A stretch of 35,565 bases of DNA from a virus (taxonomy: Duplodnaviria > Heunggongvirae > Uroviricota > Caudoviricetes): the IMG/VR virus record IMGVR_UViG_2541047908_000011, positions 1 to 35,565 of that record; one strand, given 5' to 3'. Within the stretch, counting starts at the first letter, position 1. Every line of letters begins with the position of its first letter. The notes below the pieces were generated by a model, which worked only from the letters and a program-made list of their open reading frames with translations, searched no databases and had not been told where the DNA came from. The translations under genes were made by a program, and so were the position numbers. Positions 1-9,421 of the stretch are shown piece after piece.

Positions 1-1152
1 CGGCGCGCCATCATCCGGCATCACCACATTACTGCGGTTATAGGTCCACACCTTATCCGACTGTCGGTCCTGCACGAACGTCAGCGTCTGCCCGTTCCAT
101 ACCGGCATACAGCGCATCGCCGAGCAGAAATCACTGAGCACATCCCACGCCTTGCGCTGTGTGGTCAGCCAGGCATTACAGGTGATGCGCGGCTCCGTGC
201 CGCCAAAACCGTCCGGCACCGACTGGTCGCAATACTGTCCGATGACATACAGCGCCCATTTGTCCACATCCGCCGCACCAAGACGTTTCCCCATGCCGTA
301 GCGCGGGTGGGTCAGCATATCCCACAGACACCAGGCCATGTTGTTGCTGTATGCCGGTTTAAACGTTCCGTCCCAGATACCGCTGTATTGCCGCGTCTGC
401 GGGTTATAATTCGACGGCACCTGCAGAATACGCCCGCGAAGATGATAATTACGGCTCACCTGCTGACTGCCGAACTGTTCCGAGTCCACCTGCACGCCGA
501 CCAGTGCCGTGTTCGGGTAGCACTGTTTCACATCGATGATTTCGGTGTATGACGACCAGAGCGTTTTGTTCTGCAGCTGGTCTGTGGTGCTGTCCGGCGT
601 CATCCTGCGCATCCGGATATTAAACGGGCGCGGCGGCAGGTTATCCACCACCACCGAGGCCAGATACTGTGAGGTGGTTTTGCCCTTAATGGTGATGTCT
701 TTTTCCGTCACCCTGCCACCATTACGCTGTATCTGAACCAGCAGGCGAACTTCCGACAGATTCCGGTCCCCCTTTGAGGTGGTTTCCACCAGTGCCTGCA
801 CACCGAAGGTAAAGCGCAGACGGTCGATGTTTGCAGACGTGATGGTCCGGGTAATCGGCGTGTCGTACTTCACTTCCGTACCCAGCACCGTCTCGGAGCC
901 GGAGGATTCAAATCCCTCCGGCGGTGTCTGCTCCTGCTCACCTGCCCGGAACACCACCGTGACACCGGAGATATTGGTATTCCCCTCACTGTCCAGCACT
1001 GGCGTACTGTTCAGCAGCACACTTTTTAATCCGTCCACCGGACCTTCAACCGGCCCTTCACTGATGGCGTCTATCACGCTCAGCATCTGGGATGATTTCA
1101 GGTTGTCCTTCGCTTCGCGCGGGGTATGCCCCTTACTGCTGCCTTTACCCAT
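1..1152 (-). CDS. J: Tail tip / host specificity protein J, N-terminal part only (5' partial in window; gene continues beyond position 1)
   Basis: Minus-strand translation from the ATG at 1152 reads MGKGSSKGHTPREAKDNLKSSQMLSVIDAISEGPVEGPVDGLKSVLL..., matching the lambda J N-terminus as I remember it. No stop before the window edge. The plus-strand ORFs at 307-1168 are shadows. Confidence 0.85.
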   Translation of the reverse strand, partial: MGKGSSKGHTPREAKDNLKSSQMLSVIDAISEGPVEGPVDGLKSVLLNSTPVLDSEGNTNISGVTVVFRAGEQEQTPPEGFESSGSETVLGTEVKYDTPITRTITSANIDRLRFTFGVQALVETTSKGDRNLSEVRLLVQIQRNGGRVTEKDITIKGKTTSQYLASVVVDNLPPRPFNIRMRRMTPDSTTDQLQNKTLWSSYTEIIDVKQCYPNTALVGVQVDSEQFGSQQVSRNYHLRGRILQVPSNYNPQTRQYSGIWDGTFKPAYSNNMAWCLWDMLTHPRYGMGKRLGAADVDKWALYVIGQYCDQSVPDGFGGTEPRITCNAWLTTQRKAWDVLSDFCSAMRCMPVWNGQTLTFVQDRQSDKVWTYNRSNVVMPDDGAP

Positions 1153-1212
1153 TCGTCATGATCCATAAACGATAAAACCGCCCGGAGGCGGTTTCACATA
1201 AAACATTTTGCA

Positions 1213-1884
1213 TCAGCGACCAATCACCACAACCTGACCACCATCCCCTTCGTCTGCCGTGCTGATCTCCTGAGAAATCACGCGTGACCCCACGCGCATT
1301 TCACCGTACAGAACGGGCAGAACATTCCCCTGGGCAACCATGTTATCCAGTGAGGAGAAATAGGTGTTCTGCTTACCGTTATCCGTTGTCTGTGTGCGGG
1401 GAGTTCTGGCTTTCGGTGCCAGCATCTGCGCCACACCACCGAGCACCATACTGGCACCGAGAGAAAACAGGATGCCGGTCATACCACCGGCACCAATGGC
1501 TGCCCCCCATGCTGCAAGGGTGGCTCCGGCGGTAAAGAATGATCCGGCAATGGCGGCTGCTCCCAGGACAATCTGGAATACGCCACCTGACTTGGCCCCG
1601 GCGACTCTGGGAACAATATGAATCACAGCGCCATCAGGCAGAGTCTCATGTAACTGCGCCGTTAATCCGGACGTGCTGACGTCCCGCCCGGCAATCCGTA
1701 CCTGATACCAGCCGTCGCTCAGTTTCTGACGAAACGCCGGGAGCTGTGTGGCCAGTGCGCGGATGGCTTCAGCCCCCGTTTTCACACGAAGGTCGATGCG
1801 GCGGCCAAATCGTTGCAAATCCCCGTAAAGGCAGATGCGTGCCATGCCCGGTGACGCCAGAGGGAGTGTGTGCGTCGCTGCCAT
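1213..1884 (-). CDS. I: Tail assembly protein I (lambda gpI-like)
   Basis: 223-aa ORF, MAATHTLPLASPGMARICLYGDLQRFGRRIDL..., Gly/Ala-rich hydrophobic C-terminal half. Position between K and J, overlapping the K 3' end as in lambda. Confidence 0.85.
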   Translation of the reverse strand: MAATHTLPLASPGMARICLYGDLQRFGRRIDLRVKTGAEAIRALATQLPAFRQKLSDGWYQVRIAGRDVSTSGLTAQLHETLPDGAVIHIVPRVAGAKSGGVFQIVLGAAAIAGSFFTAGATLAAWGAAIGAGGMTGILFSLGASMVLGGVAQMLAPKARTPRTQTTDNGKQNTYFSSLDNMVAQGNVLPVLYGEMRVGSRVISQEISTADEGDGGQVVVIGR

Positions 1885-2525
1885 TTGTCGGTATACCTCT
1901 CTCGTTTACTCAGTTGTTCAGGAATATGGTGCAGCAGCTCGCCGTCGCCGCAGTAAATTGCGGCATGATTCGGCACCGATGAACCAAAGCAGCACAGCAG
2001 CACGTCGCCAGGCTGCGCCTCTGTCAGTGCGACACGGTAAAAACCAGTCGCCTCCATATTGCCAAGATAGAGATTCTGACCGTTACGCCACCAGTCATCC
2101 CCGCGATGAAAATCCGGCATCTCAATCCCCGCCAGATGATAAGCATCCCGGAACAGCGTGTAACAGTCCGTCACCCCGTGCTCAAAGCGACGCCCGGTAA
2201 GATGTGGCACACAGCGGAACTTGTGAATCGCCCCCCGGCAGACCAGCCACCACGGCAAATCACTCTGCACCTGCAGCCGCCGGTCAGCCTCACTCAGCCA
2301 GGGCAGACCACCGGGATGACTGTGGACCAGTGCCACAATCTCACCCTGCATCTCTGCCTGCAGCCAGTCCTCCGGAGCCATCCGGAAATAATCCTCCGGC
2401 TCACCGGAAATATTCACGCAGGGAAAATATCTTTCCCCCTCCGGCGCTCTCACCACGAAGCCGCACGACTCCGCTGGCGCACATCGCAGGGCGTGCGCCA
2501 GAATCGCTGATTCTGTCTCTGTCAT
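1782..2525 (-). CDS. K: Tail assembly protein K (MPN/JAB-like plus NlpC/P60-like peptidase domains)
   Basis: 247-aa ORF with HSHP motif (JAB-type metal site) and Cys/His peptidase-like C-terminus. Lies between L and I. Exact start uncertain. Confidence 0.8.
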   Translation of the reverse strand: MTETESAILAHALRCAPAESCGFVVRAPEGERYFPCVNISGEPEDYFRMAPEDWLQAEMQGEIVALVHSHPGGLPWLSEADRRLQVQSDLPWWLVCRGAIHKFRCVPHLTGRRFEHGVTDCYTLFRDAYHLAGIEMPDFHRGDDWWRNGQNLYLGNMEATGFYRVALTEAQPGDVLLCCFGSSVPNHAAIYCGDGELLHHIPEQLSKRERYTDKWQRRTHSLWRHRAWHASAFTGICNDLAAASTFV

Positions 2526-2530
2526 GGGAT

Positions 2531-3229
2531 TTACTGCGAAAGTTTGTTAATGGAAAGGAAGCCGCCAAAGTTGCCGACGTTATTGCGAAACTTACAGCCG
2601 CTCAGGCATTTGCTGCATTTATCCTTCGTGATATCGGACGTCGGCTGGTCATATTCATCCGCGACCGCCGGGCCATCATAACCGCACTCATCGCCGCGGT
2701 AGATCCAGGTGCAGGTGTTGGCCAGCATGATGCGCCCCGGAAAAACAGCGCCATCCGTTTCCGTCGGTGTGGACAGCACAAAAGAGGCACTGACCGCGCT
2801 CAGTTCGCTGCACTGTTCGATGCGCCAGCGGCTGATCACCTCCTGCTCCGGATCGGCGTCACTGTTTCCGTTGACGAAGTTCACCGCATCCAGAAAACGG
2901 GCGTAAACCTTACGCCGGACCACCGTTCCGCCGACCAGACTCTGCAGATCTTCCGCCATCCCGGTGACCATGCCGTACAGGTTAGAGACTTTAAGCGTTG
3001 GCCTTGCACTGGCTCCTTTGCCGTTCATCTCAAATCCGCTTCCCTGAATGGGATAAGCCTGATACTGCCGCCCCTGCCAGGTGACTGGTTCACCTTTTTC
3101 GTTCTGCTCATTACAGAAGAAATAACGATCTCCGCCGACCTCTGTCAGATCAATTTCCCAGAGCACGACCAGCGCGGATTGCTCCGTTTTAGTGCACTCA
3201 TTGAGTGTTTCCTGCTGTATATCCTGCAT
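2531..3229 (-). CDS. L: Minor tail protein L (lambda gpL-like, Cys-rich C-terminus)
   Basis: 232-aa ORF, MQDIQQETLNEC...; C-terminal cysteine cluster (CSKCLSGCKF) typical of gpL. Synteny M-L-K-I-J. Confidence 0.85.
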   Translation of the reverse strand: MQDIQQETLNECTKTEQSALVVLWEIDLTEVGGDRYFFCNEQNEKGEPVTWQGRQYQAYPIQGSGFEMNGKGASARPTLKVSNLYGMVTGMAEDLQSLVGGTVVRRKVYARFLDAVNFVNGNSDADPEQEVISRWRIEQCSELSAVSASFVLSTPTETDGAVFPGRIMLANTCTWIYRGDECGYDGPAVADEYDQPTSDITKDKCSKCLSGCKFRNNVGNFGGFLSINKLSQ

Positions 3230-3585
3230 CAGTGAGTGACCTCTTCAAAGGTACAGTTAAAATCGGTATACATGGCATTATCCGAAATGCTCCACTCCCT
3301 GCAGACAACCCGGACAGTCCTGTTGTGTTTTGGCGGACGCCACAAAAAAGCACGAATCCCGGCATGACGGGATAAAAAACTGTCCAGCGCGGCACGGGAA
3401 TATTCATCTGTGACACGAAATACCGGTTTAAACGTTTTCAGATCCGCATTCAGACCACCAGCCCGTCGCTGTTCATATCCGTCACCAAACTTTACCGTAA
3501 TAACTGATGGCTTTCGTGTCGTCTCCATCCCCTCACGGGGGATCCAGTTAAAAACTTCAGGCTCAGGCACTGTACAATCCTCCAT
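3229..3585 (-). CDS. M: Minor tail protein M (lambda gpM-like)
   Basis: Contains FNW...GM...PSV...V(K/R)FGDGY, which aligns to the lambda M N-terminus from memory. Start chosen at the in-frame ATG 3585; alternatives are 3615 and 3528. Overlaps the tape-measure 3' end. Confidence 0.7.
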   Translation of the reverse strand: MEDCTVPEPEVFNWIPREGMETTRKPSVITVKFGDGYEQRRAGGLNADLKTFKPVFRVTDEYSRAALDSFLSRHAGIRAFLWRPPKHNRTVRVVCREWSISDNAMYTDFNCTFEEVTH

Positions 3586-6500
3586 CCCGACGCGATGACT
3601 GCATAATTGACACAACCCTGCTGTCGATCAGATCCACCAGTCCCCTGGCTGAGCGCGCATCTATCTCGCCATTGCTCCCTTGATTCTGAATGCTGATGTG
3701 ATACACGGGAGAATAAACAAATCCACCGCCACCATTCACATTTCCAATGGCCCTGACCCCAAGAGAGCCGTCCGCTGCCCGTGTCAGTGGCATGATTGCT
3801 TCAGGCCCGGCCTCGCCCATCAACCCGGCACCTTTCGCAAAAGCAAAATACGTCGGTGTATCCACAATAGTGTTACTGTAAGCACTCAGATTTGCCGATG
3901 TGTAAACACCACCTTTTGCGTTTGCCACTGCCCCCGAAATCCATCCGCCGACCGTACCAAGCCACCCTCCGGCACCGGAGAGTGATTTCAGTCCGTTAAC
4001 AATGGCTGCATTCATCAGAATTTTTGAAACTTCCCGGAGAACTGAACTCCCCCAGTTCCTCCAGTCCACAACATTCCCGGCCAGTGCATCGGAAATATTT
4101 GATACCAGCCCGTCCATCGTGGAAACGACAGCATCTGCCGCCTGTGAAGCATAATCGGTGGCACTGTCTGCCCAGTTGGTCAGTCCCTCCTGGAGTCCGG
4201 CATTCCAGTTATTACGTAAAGCATCGGCCTTTGCATAATAATCCTGCTGATCACTGAGACGCTCTTCCAGATATTTTTTATTCAGTTCTTTCTCCTGTTT
4301 CCACAGGGCTTCTTCAATTTCTCCGGCCTGATACTGTCTCAGCAGCTCGTTATTTTTCTGCTCAAACGCCTGCCGGATACTCCACATTTCCTGGAGTCGT
4401 TCACGCATCCGTGAGCCTTCACCATATCCCAGCAACTGCGCTTCGTCAGATGCCCGGGCACTGGCATTACTGTCCGCCAGACTGCTCTCATACGCAGCAA
4501 GCTGCTCACGAATCTTTTTCTGGTCGATGAGTGCTGCATTCTGCAAAAGCGTTTTTTTCTGCGCTTCTGACAGGGTTGATAATTCGCCCTGACTGACCTG
4601 ATATTTCATCTTAGCCAGTTCAGTATTCTGCCCTGCCAGTGCTATTTGTTCTTTTTGCTGTTTAATCAGCCGTTTATAAATATCTTCTGTTTTTTCCGCT
4701 TCGGTCTTTTTATGCGCTTTGGGTTTATTTACCTGGTTATTTCGCCAGGCATCCAGTGAGGTATTGATATAATTCTGTCTGGCTGTCTGATACGCCTCTC
4801 CCACAAAGCCGAGATCATCCGCAGCATAACCCAAGCGGGCACGCTCACGGGCTTCCCCCTTCAGGCGGGACAGAGCCAGTTCGCGCTCGCTGTTATTCAG
4901 TGCGGTCTGCTGTTTATCATCCAGGGTTGCCTGTGGTAGCCGTAACGGTACATTCACCAGCCCCTGTCGCTGCTGAAGTAATTCATTACCGAGCCCGAGA
5001 AGGCGATTAAACTCGGTATGCTGCCCATTCATGATCAACAGGGACTGATACGCTTTGTTTTGTTCCGCGGCCTGTTGACGGATCAACGCCACCCGTCGCT
5101 CCTCCAGCCCGGCAAGCACATCCTGAATGGATTGCGCTTTGCCCTGCATTTGTGTGAGACGGGACTGTTCAACTGCCAGTTGATTTGTTGCTTCTGCAAG
5201 CCCTTCTGTGACAGTTTTTACCGACGTCATGTGGTTAATCATAAAACCGTTATCGGTTGTCCAGCCCGGGTTTGCCAGCACATACTGATAGCCAGCAATT
5301 TTTTCCTGTAAGGATTTAATCTTACTTTTCTGCTCGTCAATTAACCTGTTTTGCTCATCAAGTGCCTGCCGCGTCTTTTCCTCATTATCTGACGCTTCAG
5401 GAAGCGACATTGCCGACGTTTTCTGGCGAATTTCGTCGATTGTTGCGGCATACTGGCGTGCAGATTCTCTGGCCTGCTCCTGATTCTGATACATCGTGTA
5501 CCAGGCCGTCGCCCCCAGCATGACGAGTCCCGGCACACCACCAACCAACCCCAGCGCACCACTTAACAGACGACTCCCCACTGACGTGACAGTATTCAGC
5601 GTTGTCTGTGCCGCTGTTCTGGCCGCAATATTACGGGTAAGTGACGCCTGGGCAGCTGTCAGCTTCGCTTCTGCTGCGGCCTGCCTTTCGGTACCGCGAG
5701 CAGCAACAACCGCCTGTTGCGCACGATAAACCGCCGCACGCGCCCTGGCGGTTGCTATCTGTGTCCCCCGAAGTTGCGCTTCAGCAAGAGCCACTTCGTT
5801 TCTGGCTGCAGTAATTAATCCGGCAGTTGCAGATCCAGCAGACGACGCCATATTGCCAAAATATCGGGCTACCCCGACGGCAACCAGTGCGCCAGCTGCA
5901 GCAGCCACGGTATCAATATTGTCTGCAACACCATTCAACACCCCGGTGAGTGTCTTTGTCACTCCGCTTGCCTCGTTCGCACCACCAACCCAGGCCATAA
6001 AGGCGTTTTCAACTTTGGTTGCAGAGGATGAAACAGTATCAGGCATTGCTGCATATTCATCACGCAACGCCCCAAGCTGACTAATCAGTGCAGGAACAAC
6101 CTTATCGGCGGTCAGTTTTCCGTTATCCGCCATGGCCTTCAGATCCTTACGGGCAACACCCATTCCCGCAGCCAGCGCACGAATAACACGATCGCCGTTC
6201 TCATTCACAGAGTTAAATTCTTCACCGCGCAGCACTCCCTGCGCCAGTGCCTGACTGAACTGCGTGATCACCGAACTGGCTTCTGCTGTACTGGCACCGG
6301 ATAATTTCAGGCCCGTGGAGATCGCCTCGGTGACTTTCAGTACCTCCTCAGAACTGTAGCCATACTCCCGCATGGAAGCTGCAGAGCGGGCAAAAAGGCT
6401 GGCGTTATCAGAAAACGCCGTTCCCGTTCTCTGGCTGATTGCCATTAATTCACGTTGTGATACCTGAAAATCATCACTGGACTGTGAAGCCTGCTTCAGA

Positions 6501-6796
6501 CGGGCATTTACTGAATTCCACTCATCGGCGAGAGAAATAAGATGACCGGTAGCAAAAGCTCCGGCAAATGCCCCCGCCATATTCAGTGCCGAAGATTTAG
6601 CTGTATTTATCTGATCCGTCACTTCTGCCAGTGCACGCCGCATTTCACGGGATGCAGCAGCGGACTGCCGGCCTCCGTTCTGCATGGTACGGTAGTAATC
6701 CTGCCCCATACGCGAAGCCCGGGAGATCTCTGACTGGAATGACCGGGAATTTGCCGAGATTTTAATAATCAGTTCACGTAATGTCGCCACACTCAT
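3563..6796 (-). CDS. Tail tape measure protein
   Basis: 1077-aa ORF, Ala/Gln-rich with long predicted coiled-coil stretches, positioned between the G/T chaperone genes and M. Longer than lambda H and different in sequence. Confidence 0.85.
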   Translation of the reverse strand: MSVATLRELIIKISANSRSFQSEISRASRMGQDYYRTMQNGGRQSAAASREMRRALAEVTDQINTAKSSALNMAGAFAGAFATGHLISLADEWNSVNARLKQASQSSDDFQVSQRELMAISQRTGTAFSDNASLFARSAASMREYGYSSEEVLKVTEAISTGLKLSGASTAEASSVITQFSQALAQGVLRGEEFNSVNENGDRVIRALAAGMGVARKDLKAMADNGKLTADKVVPALISQLGALRDEYAAMPDTVSSSATKVENAFMAWVGGANEASGVTKTLTGVLNGVADNIDTVAAAAGALVAVGVARYFGNMASSAGSATAGLITAARNEVALAEAQLRGTQIATARARAAVYRAQQAVVAARGTERQAAAEAKLTAAQASLTRNIAARTAAQTTLNTVTSVGSRLLSGALGLVGGVPGLVMLGATAWYTMYQNQEQARESARQYAATIDEIRQKTSAMSLPEASDNEEKTRQALDEQNRLIDEQKSKIKSLQEKIAGYQYVLANPGWTTDNGFMINHMTSVKTVTEGLAEATNQLAVEQSRLTQMQGKAQSIQDVLAGLEERRVALIRQQAAEQNKAYQSLLIMNGQHTEFNRLLGLGNELLQQRQGLVNVPLRLPQATLDDKQQTALNNSERELALSRLKGEARERARLGYAADDLGFVGEAYQTARQNYINTSLDAWRNNQVNKPKAHKKTEAEKTEDIYKRLIKQQKEQIALAGQNTELAKMKYQVSQGELSTLSEAQKKTLLQNAALIDQKKIREQLAAYESSLADSNASARASDEAQLLGYGEGSRMRERLQEMWSIRQAFEQKNNELLRQYQAGEIEEALWKQEKELNKKYLEERLSDQQDYYAKADALRNNWNAGLQEGLTNWADSATDYASQAADAVVSTMDGLVSNISDALAGNVVDWRNWGSSVLREVSKILMNAAIVNGLKSLSGAGGWLGTVGGWISGAVANAKGGVYTSANLSAYSNTIVDTPTYFAFAKGAGLMGEAGPEAIMPLTRAADGSLGVRAIGNVNGGGGFVYSPVYHISIQNQGSNGEIDARSARGLVDLIDSRVVSIMQSSRRDGGLYSA

Positions 6797-6804
6797 TCTC
6801 CGGA

Positions 6805-6828
6805 CGAAAAAAACCGCCGAAGCGGTTA
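6805..6828 (-). terminator. Terminator-like hairpin (AACCGC-UUCG-GCGGUU followed by U-run) between the T stop and the tape-measure start
   Basis: Read directly from the minus strand between the T stop (6836) and the tape-measure ATG (6796). Coordinates approximate. Confidence 0.4.
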
Positions 6829-6835
6829 TGTTGAC

Positions 6836-7140
6836 TCACTGAGACACTATTAAAAGCGCGTTTTCCAGTCCGGCAAATGGATCTGAGACGCCTTCTGTCT
6901 GCTCCTGCTCCCACTGAAGAAGCGCATCATTCAGTGGGACTTTGACACCCTGCGCACCGTAAACCGCAGAAACTATCTGGGCAGCCCGGATATCAGCCCG
7001 CTCGTCACCCAGCGGGCTGAACCTGTCAAATTCTGCCCACATCATGATTTCTGATGCGGACATTTCCCGGCGTAACTCTGACAATGTGCGCCCCATCCTG
7101 AGCGCCAGCATCATCAGAAAACGCATCCCCGGAAGCTCTA
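6836..7140 (-). CDS. Tail assembly chaperone T segment, expressed as a G-T fusion by -1 programmed frameshift (no independent start required)
   Basis: ORF 6836-7126 is in the -1 frame relative to G and is open back to the slippery site. After the slip the frame reads KVELPGMRFLMMLALRMG.... Confidence 0.7.
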
Positions 7141-7524
7141 CTTTTTTTTAACCTCGCCGGCATCACTGATCAGTTCCAGAGACTGCCGAAGAAGCCGCGC
7201 ATGCACCGGGCCATACACGGCAATCACCTGTTCACGATCATCCTCTGAAAATACAGGTTGCAGTCCGGTATCACACAGAACATCAATGAACAGTTCAACA
7301 TCTGCCTCCAGATTTCGGCGGGCGCGCTCCGCAACGGATAACGGTGTCTCATCATCTTTTGCTTTAACGATCTCCTGCCAGCGCAACCAGGCTTCTGCAG
7401 AAGGTTCCCGTAATACAACCGTTGCCCCTTCCCATTCAGGCACATCAACAGTTTTATGGCGAAACCCCGACATCGTTGCCAGTGCCAGATTGCGGATATT
7501 TTTAGTCATCACATCTATCCTCAT
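7138..7524 (-). CDS. Tail assembly chaperone G
   Basis: 128-aa acidic ORF immediately downstream of the major tail gene, ending ...DAGEVKKK-stop. The slippery heptamer sits at its 3' end. Confidence 0.8.
   Translation of the reverse strand: MRIDVMTKNIRNLALATMSGFRHKTVDVPEWEGATVVLREPSAEAWLRWQEIVKAKDDETPLSVAERARRNLEADVELFIDVLCDTGLQPVFSEDDREQVIAVYGPVHARLLRQSLELISDAGEVKKK
7141..7147 (-). other. -1 programmed ribosomal frameshift slippery heptamer A_AAA_AAG (G to G-T)
   Basis: mRNA reads GTT AAA AAA AAG TAG. The -1 frame continues as AAA AAA GTA GAG CTT CCG GGG ATG... into the T ORF. Same heptamer class as E. coli dnaX. Confidence 0.75.
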
Positions 7525-8228
7525 TAACTGACGGTAACAGTGCAGGAAGTGGAGGTCACCTTGTTAACAGGGCTTGCTGAATCAGAAATCTCGCAGGTAT
7601 ACGCACCGGCATCACCTGATGCTGCTGATGCCTTACTGAATGTTGCCGCCGTCTGTCCGGAAACAGGAGAACTACCTTTCTTCCAGACATAAGAATAAGG
7701 CGGCACACCACCGGCAGCCTCAACCACCATTTCGAGTTTCGCTCCGGCAGAAACCTGCAGCGTGCTGTTTAAATCGACCTTCACTTTCAGCGGCTCTGTC
7801 GTCAGCACAGGTTTACCTTTCAGGCGCAGGGAAAACGTTGCAGCCACAACACCATTAGTTCCTGCAGACCAGGTATGCTGACGCACCTCTGCCATAAAGG
7901 TAAATCCGTTGCCTGACGGAAAAATAACTTTAAAGCCATACGTGGTGTCATTGTCATAGGCACTGCGCAACGCGTTCTGGGCAGCATTGAGGTAAAAGTT
8001 GCCTGACATGGAAATCTCTGACGCGGCACCAAGGCCGTTAATATTTTCCTGCTCAACAGAACACAGCGTGGTGACATCAATATCCTGCTTTTGTCCTGCG
8101 GTAAACTGCACCTCTTTGATTGTACAGCTCAGGCCAAGATAGCTGGCAGAATCCAGGGTTTCTGCTGTTACCGGTGCAGACGAAATCATAATTTTCGTCA
8201 GTTGCGAACGCTCAAAATTAGAGGACAT
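7524..8228 (-). CDS. Major tail protein with C-terminal Ig-like (Big_2-type) domain
   Basis: Start set at MSSNFERSQ... (ATG 8228), preceded by AGGAGA. The C-terminal about 90 aa is Ig-like, rich in T/S/V/G. Sits upstream of the G/T/tape-measure genes. Confidence 0.8.
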   Translation of the reverse strand: MSSNFERSQLTKIMISSAPVTAETLDSASYLGLSCTIKEVQFTAGQKQDIDVTTLCSVEQENINGLGAASEISMSGNFYLNAAQNALRSAYDNDTTYGFKVIFPSGNGFTFMAEVRQHTWSAGTNGVVAATFSLRLKGKPVLTTEPLKVKVDLNSTLQVSAGAKLEMVVEAAGGVPPYSYVWKKGSSPVSGQTAATFSKASAASGDAGAYTCEISDSASPVNKVTSTSCTVTVS

Positions 8229-8244
8229 ACTCGTCTCCTGAAAA

Positions 8245-8266
8245 TAAAAAACCCGCCAGCGGCGGG
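8245..8266 (-). terminator. Terminator-like hairpin (CCCGCC-GCU-GGCGGG plus U-run) between the DUF3168-like gene and the major tail gene
   Basis: Minus strand reads CCCACCCGCCGCTGGCGGGTTTTTTATTTTCAGGAGACGAGTATG. Confidence 0.45.
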
Positions 8267-8287
8267 TGGGTAAAATCATTAACGACC

Positions 8288-8632
8288 TCAGGCTATTACC
8301 TGAAATTCAAGCGTGGCTCTGCTCAGACGGGAATCAGGATCATAACCCTGAGTTTTAGAAATAACGGAGGGTGCAAGTTGCCTTACCGCATCAAGCGCCT
8401 GCTCACGGATATCATCTGCGTCATCAGGTACTGTTGCCCAGACATCGATCTGCACGGTAATTCTGGATTCAGCCTGACCATCAAGCACATCAGACGCAGT
8501 GTCAGACACCACAGAAAATACCAGCCATGGCGGAGATACCGCAGGCTTTCCCTCCGTCAGCGGGACCACATAAGGATAAACCTGTCCTCCGGCCAGTTGA
8601 GACAGCAGGGAATACAGTGTGGTCTCTCTCAT
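8288..8632 (-). CDS. Tail completion / tail terminator-like protein (DUF3168-like)
   Basis: 114-aa ORF immediately upstream of the major tail gene. Assignment is positional plus size. Confidence 0.55.
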   Translation of the reverse strand: MRETTLYSLLSQLAGGQVYPYVVPLTEGKPAVSPPWLVFSVVSDTASDVLDGQAESRITVQIDVWATVPDDADDIREQALDAVRQLAPSVISKTQGYDPDSRLSRATLEFQVIA

Positions 8633-9078
8633 TTACTTAAGACCTCATCAATAGCCTGATTCATTCGCTGTATGGCAATCTGTGCTGCCAGTTCCTCTGT
8701 CGTATCGAAAGCCGGGCGAATGAACGGATGCGCGGGCATGTTTATCGTTCCCAGCTCCACAAAGCGCCAGTAAAACGCATTTCGGGGATCACTGGCTTTC
8801 ATGCTGTTATCACTGTTTCCGGTTCGCAGGTTCCGTCCACGAATGTGGACACCCGAGATAATTTCCCCGCGACGCTTTGAACGCTGAGTGAGAACAACCA
8901 CATTTTTCTTCAGTTTCCCGGTTCGCTCCGGCGCACGTTCAACAACTGCATCCCGCATAACTTCAGCACCGGCACGGGTGGCATCGCGCAGTACCTTATT
9001 ATTTTCTGCCCTGCTGAGCGTCTCCAGATCCCGTGCAATATCCGCCAGACCTGAAAAATCAAGACTGAAATCCATCAC
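8629..9078 (-). CDS. HK97 gp10-family tail component protein
   Basis: 149-aa ORF with an NAFYWRFVELGT-type motif characteristic of the HK97 gp10 family. 4-nt overlap with the downstream gene. Confidence 0.7.
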   Translation of the reverse strand: MMDFSLDFSGLADIARDLETLSRAENNKVLRDATRAGAEVMRDAVVERAPERTGKLKKNVVVLTQRSKRRGEIISGVHIRGRNLRTGNSDNSMKASDPRNAFYWRFVELGTINMPAHPFIRPAFDTTEELAAQIAIQRMNQAIDEVLSK

Positions 9079-9413
9079 ACATTCCCCTTCTGAGAACAGA
9101 GTATCTCAAGCCGTGTGGCACGGGCATCCGGTATCGGCGGACCGTCTATACTCAGAATCGCGCCTTTGAATGCACCAGTCAGCACTTTCAGACATGAAGT
9201 TGCTGTTACATCTCGCCGGAATCTCATCCAGACCCTCACTGTAGCCTGAGCAGTTTCTGCGCCTCCGGATATTCTCTCCCTGCCACTGATCCCCTTAACT
9301 TCTGCCCATATGGTTGCCCCCTCCGTCATTGTTTCCACAGGGTGCCCTGACGGAGACCGAACGGTGGTGGCATTCAGAATAACCACACGATCACGTAATC
9401 TTCCTGCCTGCAT
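9075..9413 (-). CDS. Head-tail adaptor / head closure protein
   Basis: 112-aa ORF at the conserved position between connector and tail genes. Resembles the head-tail joining family. Confidence 0.6.
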   Translation of the reverse strand: MQAGRLRDRVVILNATTVRSPSGHPVETMTEGATIWAEVKGISGRERISGGAETAQATVRVWMRFRRDVTATSCLKVLTGAFKGAILSIDGPPIPDARATRLEILCSQKGNV

Positions 9414-9421
9414 GAATCCTC

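Noticed and set aside
307-1168. Three plus-strand ORFs (307-552, 536-736, 779-1168)
   Set aside because: They lie antisense to the lambda-like J coding sequence, whose minus-strand translation matches J exactly; shadow ORFs.
2204-3235. 343-aa plus-strand ORF
   Set aside because: Antisense to the L and K genes; Pro/Ala/Arg-rich junk-like composition; no RBS context.
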